A stretch of 64,000 bases of DNA from Paraspadella gotoi (GCA_051294375.1 CM119265.1:15290963-15354962), one strand, 5' to 3'. Shown: positions 48,256-61,182, numbered from the stretch's first letter. Translations and numbers: made by a program. The notes: generated by a model from the letters alone, not told the origin.

Positions 48256-51200
48256 AGATGGATGACATCTTCTTGGCCCTCCTCACTGCAGCCCTTCCCA
48301 CCACTGTCCGCGAACACGTCCAGAAGGAAGACGAAAGTCTTGACTCTGTGGCAAAAACAGCCACCACCTTCTACACGCCCTCGGGACAGCTACGGAATCA
48401 GTCGGCGGCCGTCAATGCCGTCCAGTTTACAGCGGCGTTCGAGGAAACCTCGGATGAGTCGCTGGAACCTCCAGAGGAATTCGCGGACGATGAAACTGAA
48501 ACAGTGCCGATGTCATATGCCAATGCAGTTAAACGAACCTATTCTAAACCGCCGCTACGCCTACGCACACAACAACAACAGCGTCGACCACAACAACAAC
48601 AACAACGACTCCATCAAACGCAATTCCGTAGGCAGAATCCGGTCCCGCCTGGTGAGAATAGATGCGTTTTCCACTACATCTATGGCACAAGGGCACGGCA
48701 ATGTGATGGACCACCTTGCAGCATGGCGTCAAACACCAACGCCGGCGGCCGCTAGTCGCCCGCGTCGCCGGCCGAACTGAATCAAAACTCTTTTACCTGC
48801 GCGACGCGGACGCCGGCGTAGAGTGGCTCGTTGATGGAGGCTCAGAGGCAACTCTCCTGCCCGCGACGGAAGCTGACCGCGCCTGGGCAGCATCCAACCC
48901 TGCCACCATCAAGGCGGCGCTTGACGCCGCCAACTTCCCAAAACTCCACGCCGCAAACGACACGCCAATCAAGATCCATGGACTCCGAGAAATGCAGATC
49001 CGTCTCGGCGGCCGAGCGTACCCTTACCTCGTTGCCATCGCCGATGTTGCCACGCCCATTCTCGGAGCCAGACTTCCTTGATGGAGCACCACCTCGGCGT
49101 CGACCATCGACGCCGTTACCTGCTCAACCTTGATGACTTCAGCGTCATCGCCGGCCATGCTGGCGATGGTGCCACAACATCACCCTGCGTCCATCATGTC
49201 CGCGACGCTTACTCAGCACTGTTGGACGAGCGACCAGAACTGACCAAGCTCGTCTTACGCGACACCACCAAAACATGGGGTTGAGCATCATATCCCCACC
49301 AAAGGTCCACCCGTCCACGCCCGCGCTAGACGCCTTGCCCCTGACCAACTCGCCGCCGCCAAGGCGGAGTTCAAGAAAATGGAGGAGCTCGGCATCATCC
49401 GCCGCTCCACTTCCGCTTGGGCGTCTCCTCTTCACGTCACACGCCAAACCGGACGGCTCCCTCCGCCCATGCGGCGATTACCGGCGCCTCAATGCGCCAC
49501 CATCGACGACCGTTACCCATACGCCACATCATGGACTTTAATGCGGACATTGCGGGAAAAACTGTCTTCTCCAAGATTGACTTATGTAAGGGATACCATC
49601 AGATCCCGTCGCCAGGGAAGACCGCCACAAAGACCGCCATAATCACGCCCTTTGGTCTTTGGGAATTTGACTTCATGCCTTTTGGGCTTAAAAACGCTGC
49701 CCAAGACTTTCAACGGATGATGACCAGGTCCTCAACGGCGTACCGCATGTCTTCATTCTATCTGGACGACCTCCTGGTCGCCTCCGAGTCCCACGAGGAA
49801 CATCTTGAGGACCTCAAGCGGGTCTTCAACGCCCTCGCTAATAACGGCCTCGTCGTCAACCGCGCCAAATGTGTATTTGGCGCCACAAGCCTGGAATTCC
49901 TTGGTTACCATGTTGACCCATGGCATCAGCCCACTCCCGACAAAGGTTGAGGCGATCCGCAGCATGGCCACGCCCACCTCCATCAAGGAACTAAAGCGGT
50001 TCCTTGGCATGCTGAATTACTACCGGCGCTTCATCCCTCACGCGGCCCATCACCGGGCCCCTCTCTACGAACTCCTCAAGGGCAAGCGGCGCCCCTTCAA
50101 TTGGGAGCGCCACAAGACGCCGCCTTTACAGCTATCAGAACGCCCTTGCCGACGCCACGCTCCTGGTCCATCAATTGACAGCGCCCCACTTGCTTTGACA
50201 GTCGACGCCTCCGACATCGCCATTGGCGCTGTCCTGGAACAACGCGTTGAGGAGGTGTGGCAGCCACTGGGTTTCTTCTCAAGAACTCTCAAAGGCTCAC
50301 AAACCAAAATGGCCGCCTTTCGATAAAGAGCTGTACGCCGCCCACCCGCGCATCCGCCACTTCCGACCATACATCGAGGGACGCCGTTTTACGCTATTCA
50401 GTGATCACATTTCTCTCGTCCCTGCCCTCCGGAAGAAGGCAGAGCCACACACGATGCGCCAAACGTACCAGCTTGCCGGAATCGCCGAATTCACCGGCAC
50501 ATCCGGCACATCGCCGGAAAAGCCAATGTCGTAGCCGACGCCCTCTCCCGACCAAACGGAGCACCAGCCGCTGAAACAGCTGACGCCCAAACCGAAGCGC
50601 CAGTCACATCTTCCAACAGCGCCGACAGGGCCATCATAAACCAGGACCAGAAGTCACGTGAACTGGAAGACGTCATCGCCACCGTCAATGCCATTGGCTC
50701 AATGAGCGTCAACCTCGAGGCAATGGCGGTGGAACAAACAACGACACAGATGTGCAGCGCCTTCTCAATGATCCCCATACAGCGCTGCGACTCAAACGGG
50801 TCAACATCGGCAACACCTCTCTCATTTGCGACACTTCCGGCGCCCGTGCGCGGCCCTTGGTCCCGGAAACGTGGCGCCGCCGCATCTTTGAGGCGACCCA
50901 CAACATCGGCCATCCCGGCGTCAAAGCGTCCAAGAACCTCGTTACCAAACGTTTCGTCTGGCCCTCCATTACCAGCGATGTTGGCAGATGGGCGGCGGCG
51001 TGCGACGCATGTCAGCGCTCCAAGGTACAGACTCATGTGCGGGCACCCCTCCAAGCCTTCCAGCCACCCGTCAAACGTTTTGCGCATGTCCATGTCGACC
51101 TTGTGGGTCCACTCCCTCCTGCAGCCGGCCACACCCATCTACTAACCATCATCGATCGTTTCACGCGCTGGCCAGAAGTAGCACCCTGCGCGACACCACA

Positions 51201-51539
51201 GCCGCAACCATCGCCAACGCCTTCCTCCTCAACTGGGTCGCTCGCTTTGGCGTACCCTCCGTCGTCACAACGGATCGCGGCGCCCAATTTACTTCTGAAT
51301 TGTGGCGCAAGTGGCAACCATCGTCGGATTCAACCCAGCAACAACGACAGCATACCACCCCCAAGCAAACGGGATGGTCGAACGCCTCCACCGGACATTG
51401 AAGGCATCTCTGCGTGCACGGTGCGATGCAGCTGGAAACAATTGGCTGCAGCAGCTTCCTTGGACACTACTCAGTCTCCGCGCAACTCCTCGTGACGACA
51501 CGGACATCTCTCCGGCAGAGCTGGCGCTGGGCGAGACGA
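48256..51539 (+). mobile_element. Gypsy copy 2 internal region: gag end, protease, RT, RNase H, integrase (indel-broken, gap-bounded)
   Basis: gag CHCC, LVDGGS protease, RPCGDYRRLN, FMPFGLKNA, YLDD, TVDASD and integrase. It is near-identical to copy 1. Confidence 0.92.
48258..48755 (+). CDS. gag: gag C-terminal half, copy 2
   Basis: 165-aa ORF ending in the CHCC motif and TAG. pol continues in the -1 frame. Confidence 0.85.
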   Translation: MDDIFLALLTAALPTTVREHVQKEDESLDSVAKTATTFYTPSGQLRNQSAAVNAVQFTAAFEETSDESLEPPEEFADDETETVPMSYANAVKRTYSKPPLRLRTQQQQRRPQQQQQRLHQTQFRRQNPVPPGENRCVFHYIYGTRARQCDGPPCSMASNTNAGGR

Positions 51540-51564
51540 NNNNNNNNNNNNNNNNNNNNNNNNN

Positions 51565-54500
51565 ACCTGCTCAACCTTGATGACTTCAGCGTCATCGCCG
51601 GCCACGCTGGCGATGGTGCCGCAGCATCACCACGCGTCCATCATGTCCGCGACGCTTACTCAGCACTGTTGGNNNNNNNNNNNNNNNNNNNNNNNNNNNN
51701 NNNNNNNNNNNNNNNNNNNNNNNNNNNNNNNNNNNNNNNNNNNNNNNNNNNNNNNNNNNNNNNNNNNNNNNNNNNNNNNNNNNNNNNNNNNNNNNNNNNN
51801 NNNNNNNNNNNNNNNNNNNNNNNNNNNNNNNNNNNNNNNNNNNNNNNNNNNNNNNNNNNNNNNNNNNNNNNNNNNNNNNNNNNNNNNNNNNNNNNNNNNN
51901 NNNNNNNNNNNNNNNNNNNNNNNNNNNNNNNNNNNNNNNNGGGTTGAGCATCATATCCCCACCAAAGGTCCACCCGTCCATGCCCGCGCTAGACGCCTCG
52001 CCCCTGACCAACTCGCCGCCGCCAAGGCGGAGTTCAAGAAAATGGAGGAGCTCGGCATCATCCGCCGCTCCACTTCCGCTTGGGCGTCTCCCCTTCACGT
52101 CACGCGCAAACCGGACGGCTCCCTTCGACCATGCGGCGATTACCGGCGCCTAAATGGTGCCACCATTGACGACCGTTACCCGATTCGCCACATCATGGAC
52201 TTTAATGCGGACATTGCGGGAAAAACCGTCTTCTCCAAGATCGACTTATGCAAGGGATACCATCAGATCCCCGTCGCCAGGGAAGACCGCCACAAGACCG
52301 CCATCATCACCCCCTTTGGTCTTTGGGAATTTGACTTCATGCCTTTTGGGCTGAAAAACGCTGCCCAAGACTTCCAACGGATGATGGACCAGGTCCTCAA
52401 TGGCGTACCGCATGTTTTCATCTACCTGGACGACCTCCTGGTCGCCTCCGAGTCCCACGAGGAACATCTTGAGGACCTCAAGCGGGTCTTCAATGCCCTC
52501 GCCAATAACGGCCTTGTCGTCAACCGCGCCAAATGCGTATTTGGCGCCAAAAGTCTCGAATTCCTCGGCTACCATGTTGACCGCAATGGCATCAGCCCAC
52601 TTCCGACAAAAGTCGAGGCGATCCGCAGCATGGCCACGCCCACCTCCATCAAGGAACTACAGCGGTTCCTCGGCATGCTGAATTACTACCGGCGCTTTAT
52701 TCCTCATGCCGCCCATCACCTGGCCCCTCTCTACGAACTCCTCAAGGTCAAGCGCGCTCCTTCATTGGGCAGCGCCAACATGACGCCGCCTTTGAACAGC
52801 TAGTCAAGAACGTCCTCGCGCGTTCCGACCTTACGCTTTCCTGGTCCATCCAATCGACAGCGCCCACTCTGCTTTTGACAGTCGGATCCGCCTCCGACGT
52901 CGCAAATGCGCCGTCTTGGAAACAACGCGTTGAGGAGGTGTGGCAGCCACTGGGTTTCTTCTCACGAACTCTCAAAGGATCACAAACCAAGTGGCCGCCT
53001 TTCGATAAAGAGCTGTACGCCGCCCACGCCGCCATCCGCCACTTCCGACCATACATCGAGGGACGCCAATTCACGCTATTCAGTGATCACATCTCTCTCG
53101 TCCCTGCCCTCCGGAAGAAGGCAGAGCCACACACGATGCGCCAAACGTACCAGCTTGCTGGAATCGCCGAATTCACCGGCGACATCCGGCACATCGCTGG
53201 AAAAGCCAACGTCGTAGCCGACGCCCTCTCCCGACCAAACGGAGTACCAACCGCTGAAACAGCCGGCGCCAGAAGCGGCGCCCAAACCGAAGCGCCAGTC
53301 ATATCTCCCGACAGCACCGACAGGGCCACCATAAACCAGGACCGGAAGTCGCGCGAACTGGAAGACGTCATCTCCACCGTCAACGCCATCGGCTCAATGA
53401 GCGTCAACCTCGAGGCAATGGCGGTGGAACAAACAACCGACACGGATGTGCAGCGCCTTCTCAATGATCCCCATACAGCTCTGCGACTCAAACGGGTCAA
53501 CATCGGCAACGCCTCCCTCATCTGCGACACTTCCGGCGCCCGTGCGCGCCCATTGGTCCCAGAAACGTGGCGCCGCCGCATCTTCGAGGCGACCCACAAC
53601 ATCGGCCATCCCGGCGTTAAAGCATCCAAGAACCTCGTTACAAAACGTTTTGTCTGGCCCTCCATTACCAGCGACGTTGGCAGATGGGCGGCGGCGTGCG
53701 ATGCGTGTCAGCGTTCCAAGGTACAAACTCATGTGCGGGCGCCTCTCCAAGCCTTCCAGCCGCCCGCCAAACGTTTTGCGCATGTCCATGTCGACCTTGT
53801 TGGTCCACTCCCTCCTGCAGCCGGCCACACCCATCTACTGACCATCATCGATCGTTTCACGCGCTGGCCCGAAGTAGCACCTCTGCGAGACACCACAGCT
53901 GCAACTGTCGCTAACGCCTTCCTCCTCAACTGGGTTGCTCGCTTTGGCATACCCTCCGTCGTCACAACGGATCGCGGCGCCCAATTTACATCTGAATTGT
54001 GGCGCCAAGTGGCGACCATCGTTGGATTCAACCCAGCAACAACGACAGCATATCACCCCCAAGCAAACGGGATGGTTGAACGCCTCCACCGGACATTGAA
54101 GGCATCCCTGCGCGCACGGTGCGATGCAGCTGGAAACAACTGGCTGCAGCAGCTTCCTTGGACACTACTCAGTCTCCGCGCAACTCCTCGTGATGAACAC
54201 GACATCTCTCCGGCAGAGTGGCGGCTGGTGCGGAACGCTGCGCCCTCCTGGCCAACTACTTCCGGTTCCGCCAACCGACGCGGACGCGGAATCCCGCGCC
54301 AGCGTGCTGAAAGAACTGCGCGCCGATGTCGCTCTGATGCAGCCTCTGCCGGCCACCTGGCATTCGGCGCCAACTCCACGGATCCCCAAAACGCTTGCCG
54401 ACACCTCCCGCGTCTACATCCGGCGCGATGGCCACACAGCGCCGCTCCAGCCGGTCTACGATGGCCCGTATGACATCACCGAGAAAAGTGACAAAACTTT

Positions 54501-54832
54501 CAAAGTGGTTATTCCTGGGCGTGGCGTTGAAACTATCTCGGTCGACCGCCTCAAACCAGCGTTCCAGGCGCAAGACCTGCCGCCGCTGACGCCACCACAG
54601 GCGCCAAGGCGTGGTCGACCACCCAAACTTCCCCCGCCCCCGCCGATTGACAATCCACCTGCAGCAGATTCAATGCCGCAACTGGTGCCGCCACCTCCGC
54701 CGGCAACGCCGACAATAATTCCAATCATGCGGCGTCAAAGAAATCAGGTCCCAGGCCTCACCAATATCCTTCCGACGATGCTACAGCCACCAGAAGATGA
54801 CGAAGATCAATGACTCTCAGCCTTCCTCCTCC
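51565..54832 (+). mobile_element. Gypsy copy 3 internal region (diverged variant): RT, RNase H, integrase
   Basis: Clean RT with YLDD, RNase H and integrase. It has many synonymous differences and a different RNase H-integrase linker relative to copies 1 and 2. Confidence 0.92.
51941..54813 (+). CDS. pol: pol (RT-RNase H-integrase) of copy 3, frameshifts near 52750-52910 and 54220-54250
   Basis: ORFs 51577-52803, 52875-54473 and 54124-54813 tile one polyprotein. Confidence 0.92.
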
Positions 54833-55924
54833 NNNNNNNNNNNNNNNNNNNNNNNNNNNNNNNNNNNNNNNNNNNNNNNNNNNNNNNNNNNNNNNNNNNN
54901 NNNNNNNNNNNNNNNNNNNNNNNNNNNNNNNNCCGCCGGCTGGTCATCCATTCTTTTTAATGGCGCCGAATTTTTCCGCCGCTTTGGCCGTCGCCCGCGT
55001 TCGTTGACGTCGTCGTCGTCGTCGTCGAAGTCGACATTGTCATCGTCTTCGTCGGCATTTTCACTGTCGTTGTCGTCACCTTCGTACTTTGGGTTTGGGG
55101 CGCTTCTCCTCGGGCGTCGCTGATTATTCGACTGTATCCACGGATGCTGAGGTCGATCCATACGGACCCATGCTGCAACAACTCTGCCGCCGCCGCCACC
55201 GCAGCCGACGCAGCACCCACCATCTCCAGCAAATCACTCTGTCGGCGGCGAGATCCACCAGATCTCGTTTCTCTTATTTTGTCTCATTTTTTTGACTTGG
55301 ATGGAGGATGAAGAGGACGGGGACCAGCGCGTCGAAGCAGGTGCCGAGAAGACAAAAGTCGTTTTTTAAACAATGGTGGCCGAGATGAGAGAGAGACGAG
55401 AGATGACGAGAGATGAGATGAAGGAGAGATGAGACGAAGCAGATGCAGATGAGACGTTGAGTAGACTGAGAAGCAGACACGCAATGAGCAGAGAGAGAGA
55501 ATGTTTCAAATTCTGTAAGGGGAAAAAACGGGCGATGATATACGTGACGGTTTGTAATGTAATGTGATGTATGATATATTGAATCTCTATCACTTGCTTT
55601 GCAAGAAAACGGACATTTGAAGAAAAAATATTTTTAAACATAATATCTTGATATTATCCTCAATCCTCATTTATCAATAAAAAGGATACATTCCATTTTT
55701 TTCAATTTTGACTACTTATTTACTTTTTATGGATGTAACTACATATAACATACATACATCCGGGGCTTCGCTCTTTCACTCTCTTCAATGACCAGGTTCT
55801 TTGCTCTTTTGGTTCGAGGCCTTTGCTATTTTGGCTTCACTATCGTCAGGGGTCTTCACTCGCGCCTTCCCATTCCTCTTTTGACCAATTTAACGCAGCT
55901 AATTCCCGACTCTCGCTTACCTTA

Positions 55925-56022
<98 letters not shown>

Positions 56023-56660
56023 CTTCCTTCTTTTTTTAAATGGTGACCATCGACTTAATTTACGGTCGAGTTTCTTGGGGAGTGAGAGAAAGAGAGATAG
56101 AGAGAAGGAATAAGAATGGAGCAAAGAAACTATTTTAAAGAAAGGAAATGTAAAAGAAAATGTTTCGCCGTCCTGGAGGAGCCAGTGTCTTAATCAGGAC
56201 TCGGAGAAAAAAAAGAGTAAATGACTGTAAAGAAAAAGTGTGATTGAAAATTATGTCGATGTTTTCTTTTTTAAATCTGGCTTGAACTAGTTGGCCTATC
56301 AACTAAGAAACAAGGTTATAAAATTATGTATATGCATGAGGAAAAAGTAAAAACAATAAGATAAACGAAACAAGAGACAAAGACAGAAAAACTAATGATT
56401 GTGACTTCGAGAAAGAGAAAAGACGAAAAAAAAAAGGCTGAGCTGAGAACAAAAGAGAAAAGGGGAAAATATGAAGGCCGAAGGAAACCTAAAAAAAAAA
56501 ACCGATGATGAGGGAAGGAAAGAAACACCGAGGAAGAGACATAGACGCGATGAAGAAATAAAGCAAAAAGCCCCAAAAAAAGGAAAAAAAGGAAAACGAG
56601 AAAATATGGGCAGCAAAAGATGGCGACAAAAGAAAAAAAAAGAACAGTGAGATGATAAAA

Positions 56661-56870
56661 AAAAAGAAGGAAAAGGGTTGAGAGAAGTGAGGGAGGAAAA
56701 AGAAGAATGGGAGATGGAGGGATGGAGGAAAGAAGAGAACCCAGTGACTAAGGGGAGAAAGAAAAGAAGGAAAAGGGATGAGAGAAGGGAGGGAGGAAAA
56801 AGAAGAATGGGAGATGGAGGGATGGAGGAAAGAAGAGAACCTAGTGACTAAGGGCAGAAAGAAAAAAGGA
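56661..56870. repeat. Purine-rich tandem duplication, 100-bp period
   Basis: aagaagaatgggagatggagggatggaggaaagaagagaacc occurs at 56700 and 56800. Confidence 0.9.
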
Positions 56871-56998
56871 AAAAGGAGGCGAAGCGATAATTAGCTTCGT
56901 TGACGTCAAAAACGCAATAAAAGGCCCAATATTGATTGATGCTAGCGATGATACGGAGAGCGAGGAGAAAAGAAGAATGGCACGGAGCGGAGCTTGTC

Positions 56999-57002
<4 letters not shown>

Positions 57003-57088
<86 letters not shown>
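57003..57088. repeat. (CT)n microsatellite (one of many; others at 5177, 15098, 16325, 18301, 27045, 41161, 55930, 60086)
   Basis: Perfect dinucleotide run. Confidence 0.95.
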
Positions 57089-57091
<3 letters not shown>

Positions 57092-59107
57092 CTTTTCCTC
57101 CCTCCCGACCACACCGGCCTCCCATTCCGCGGCAAGGCCGACTCTAAATTAACAAGTGTCCGTCCAACTCTCTGCCTCTTCATTAAACGCCGTATGGCTT
57201 CATGAAGATTGAGGATGCGTAAGAAACGCGTTTCAGTTTCCTGGAGAGAAAAACACGACGTTAAACGTTCCTCGTCGTCGTCGTCGTCGTCTTCGTTTCC
57301 GCCTGGCGTCGTCGTACTCGTCGTCGTCTTCGGCGTCGTTCTCCCCATTTGTAATAACCATTGCATGAATTTTAATCGCTCTTATTCTCTCCCGCTCTTT
57401 CATCGATTCCAGAGAGAAAACGACGACGACGACAACTCTGATTTTCCGAGACGAAGTCGATGACGAAGACGAAGATGACGACGACGACGATGACGACGAC
57501 GACGACGACGACCAACATTGACATGGCGATAACGGAACTTAACATGGATCAAGAACGAAAACGGAGGGGAAAAATGCACCGATAAAAAAAAAGTTTAGTT
57601 AAGCAACGTGACTCTGTCTGTCTGATATTTACGACATAGTCGGTGAAAACAAATCGGTATCTTTTTCTGTTCCCAGTTCATTCTGATTCAATGTGACATG
57701 TGACAGCCAAGGGTGACTCGTGATCTTGTGACTCGTCAAGTGAGGATGCTGTCTCCATAGGACTGCATCATTTGGCAACCCAAACTCTTCGAACCTTTGT
57801 CGGGTTTAAATTTTAAAAAAAGAAGCTGGCTGCTCGCAATTATTCGCACCCTTATTCCGACTGGTCGCAACTGGCCGGACTGCTCGCAATCCGCCCGGGA
57901 CTGTTCGCATTAGACCGAGCTTGATGTGGTGTTTTGTCGGCGACGAAACTTTCGTCTCCGAAAATGGAATCCCATAAAAATCAGCGGAGCGAAGAAAATG
58001 GCTCTGCCGCCCGATTCCTTCCCTTCTCTTCCTTTCTCTAGATTCCTCTCTCTCTCTCTCTCTCTTCTCTCTCTACTCTCTCTCTCTCTCTCTTCTCTCC
58101 GCACCTCCTGCATCGCCCAGTTTTTTTTTCTTTTCTTTTTAATTTTTATTCTCTTTTTTTTTTTGGGGGGGCGTTCCCCCTTCTTACCCGACTTTCCCCA
58201 TTTCATTCGCTCTTTATTCTTGAATATTCCACTTCTCTCTTTATCTTCCTCATATTCGTTCTTCTCTTAGTCCTTTCCTTCTTTTTTAATTTTATACATT
58301 ATACATATACATGTATTCGTTCCTCCTTTTATTTCCTCCATCTCTTTCCTCTCTTCCAACTCGCTGAATATTCCACTTTCGGGGCAGCGAAAAAAAAAAG
58401 AGAGGCATTATTAGGCTAAGTTCACCGGGTGGAAGGGTGGAGCGAGTCGAGTGCTAAAAGGTGAGGGATGTCGTCGTCGTCGTCGTCGGAATTCTCGGTT
58501 CCACGGTTCGTCGAGGTCGGGCTTCTCGTTTTCTCTCTTTTTCGTCCTCATCATCGTCTTAGTCATCTTCGTCGTGGCCCTCGTTCTCTTTTTCGTTCTC
58601 TTTTTCGTTCTCTTTTTCGTTCTCTTTTTCCTCTTCTTTTCTTTATATCTTTATTAATTTTAATTAATTTTAATTTTAATTTAAAATTTTAGTTATATCG
58701 CGAGCATTTTAAATTGGATTATTTTAGTCACCACCGTTCGCCTCCTCTTTGTCGTCACACTGTCTTTGTCGTCTTTGTTGTCACCCCCCTCCTCCTCCTC
58801 CTCCTCCTCTTCCTCCTCCCCCTCCTCTTCGTTGGCGTCACGGGTCTCGCTCCGTTTTCTCCGTCATTAAAAAATAATGCATCGCGTCCTGGTCTTTCTT
58901 GAAATCCCCGTTGACATTTGCGTGGTTCGTAACGACCGCAAGATCCGGCGCCGATGCGAATGACGCCGCAGCCGGCGCCGGGCCGACGCCACCGACGCCG
59001 CCGTCGCCGCCGACGCCCCATCGCTCTGGAAAGTAGAGACGAGAAAATGGTGGAATATCATCGCCAGTTGCAAACCGTTAAATCATTAATAGTGAAGAAA
59101 TAGGTCG

Positions 59108-59145
<38 letters not shown>

Positions 59146-59431
59146 ATGAGACAAAGTGAGCAGATATTTTGAGTTTGAAAATTTAAAGAAGAAATGATTA
59201 CAGTTCGTCCCTTCTCAAAGGTGATTTCGCTTAAAGCGGTTCTCGTCTCGGTTTAACGCTTAATGCTTAAAATAACCCTCTTCATTCGAAGGTCAAAAAC
59301 CATTTCAAAAAATCCCGCGCTTTCTCTTGAGACTCATCTTTTCTTGTTTACTTTTCTTTTCAACTTTAAAATTCAGTGACGTAGTTTTTCTCCCTCCAGG
59401 CCTTCGCTATCTCCTCCGCCGCCCCCCTCCG

Positions 59432-59467
<36 letters not shown>

Positions 59468-59693
59468 TCCCGTGAGCAGAGCCGCTCTTGAATATGATAA
59501 TCATCATCAGGTCTTCCTTTTGTCCCAGCTTTATAATCCCCGCTTTCCACTGACACCATAAAGCACGCTCTCGAGATCAGCCTCGCTCATCTCTTCTCGC
59601 CGAGCGATCTTTCTTCTATTCGTCTCCCTCTCTGTCCTTTCCTCTCTCCTCCATCCCGCGATTCCCCATTTCGCTCTCTCTCTCTCTCTTTCT

Positions 59694-59725
<32 letters not shown>

Positions 59726-59916
59726 TTCTCTCTCTCTCTCCCTTGCTCCACTCTCACTCTCTTCATTATGTGTTAGTCCCCGTCGGAATTGTTGGAGGGT
59801 CTCTAAACAGAAGTTAATGAGGGTCTTTTGCCGCGAACCCTCGAGACTAAGAAATTGCCCATAAAGACAAAATTGGTTTCAACATAAGTTCTTCTCTCTC
59901 TCATCTCTTCTCTCTG

Positions 59917-59955
<39 letters not shown>

Positions 59956-60081
59956 TTCTCTCTTCTCTTCTCTCCCTCTCTGTTTTTTTCTGAATCAAAG
60001 CGTTTTGATGCGATGGTCTTTTCTCATCTGCAAATATTTCTCGTCGCCATTTTTACTGACAAAAATCTTTAACCTTTCGCG

Positions 60082-60143
<62 letters not shown>

Positions 60144-60239
60144 CTTTCGTCCGAGTCCTCTAATTTTCTCTCCCTCTCTCTCTTCGTTTTTGGTTAGAAT
60201 TCCTCCAGCCTTCAAAAAGCTCGCTCCTTCCACTCCATC

Positions 60240-60418
60240 ATGGCCGGGCGGACTTCGCCCGCCGCGCCCGTCGCGGCAGACGCCGCCGCGGCCCGAGCTT
60301 CCTTCGCCTTTTGTTCGACGAAAAAATCGATGCGGCCGCGCGCCCTGACGTCGGAGGCGCTAAATCGGACCGAGAACATCAGCGCCAACGGCGGAGGGGA
60401 TTGGAATCTTTATTCGGC
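60240..60418 (+). CDS. Possible first coding exon of an unidentified gene
   Basis: ATCATGG start context, a GC-rich open frame (MAGRTSPAAPVAAD...) ending at a consensus donor GTAAGT (60419), and CT-rich upstream sequence. No recognisable domain. Confidence 0.3.
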
Positions 60419-60880
60419 GTAAGTACTTTGTAGTTTGATGGCGGACGCCTTTTCTTTGTTATTATTGCATCGAAAAAGGATACATTAAGGGGGTAGACTA
60501 CAGGGATGAGAGAGAGAGAAATATTATGAGAGAAAGAGAGAAAGAGAGAAAGACGACGAGAGAGAGATGAGAGAGAGAGAGAGAAGAGAAGAGAGATGAG
60601 ACAATAAAAAAAAGTGGAACGGCGTTTTATTCTCGTACCCTCCGACGGAGATTCGCCGCTGGAGAGAAAAAAAAATGGAAATAATGCGAGGGGGGGAAGT
60701 TCCGTTCTCACCTCATCCTTTCTCCCTCTCCACTCTCTCTTCCCTAAGCTCGGGGAGGTATAAATAAAGTTTGCACAAATGCATAAAACTGGATTCGGGA
60801 GGATTTCCTCGCGCTGGAAGGACGCAGTAAATACTCTCTTTTCGAGCTTCACACATAAAATTACCCACATTTTTTTTCGC

Positions 60881-61182
60881 AAACGGCAGTTGGCGTTGAA
60901 GATGAGTGAGCGTAGATCGCGATTCCCGAAATCTAGACTTATAACAAAGATATAACAAAAACGCCAGTTGGCGTTGAAGATGAGCTGAGCGTAGATCCGA
61001 TCCGAAATCTAGACTTATCAACAAAGATATCAACAAAACGCCAGTTGGCGTTGAAGATGAGCTGAGGTAGATCGCAGATCCGAATCTAGACTTATCAACA
61101 AAGAATTCAACAAAAACGCCAGTTGGCGTTGAAGATGAGCTGAGCGTAGATCGCGATCCGAAACTAGACTTATCACAAAGAT
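60881..61182. repeat. Tandem repeat of 77-78 bp, about four units, palindrome-rich
   Basis: Units start at 60881, 60959, 61036 and 61114. Confidence 0.93.

Noticed and set aside
54957-55295. GC-rich Ala-rich ORF after the Gypsy cluster
   Set aside because: It is low in complexity, has no motif and lacks consistent splice signals.
57725-57760. miR-13/miR-2 family hairpin (TTGACGAGT on the minus strand)
   Set aside because: The seed ATCACAG is absent; only a 9-nt 3' match is present.
60881-61182. CRISPR array or hammerhead ribozyme multimer
   Set aside because: There are no unique spacers, the context is eukaryotic, and the sequence reads AAGATGAG rather than CTGANGA.
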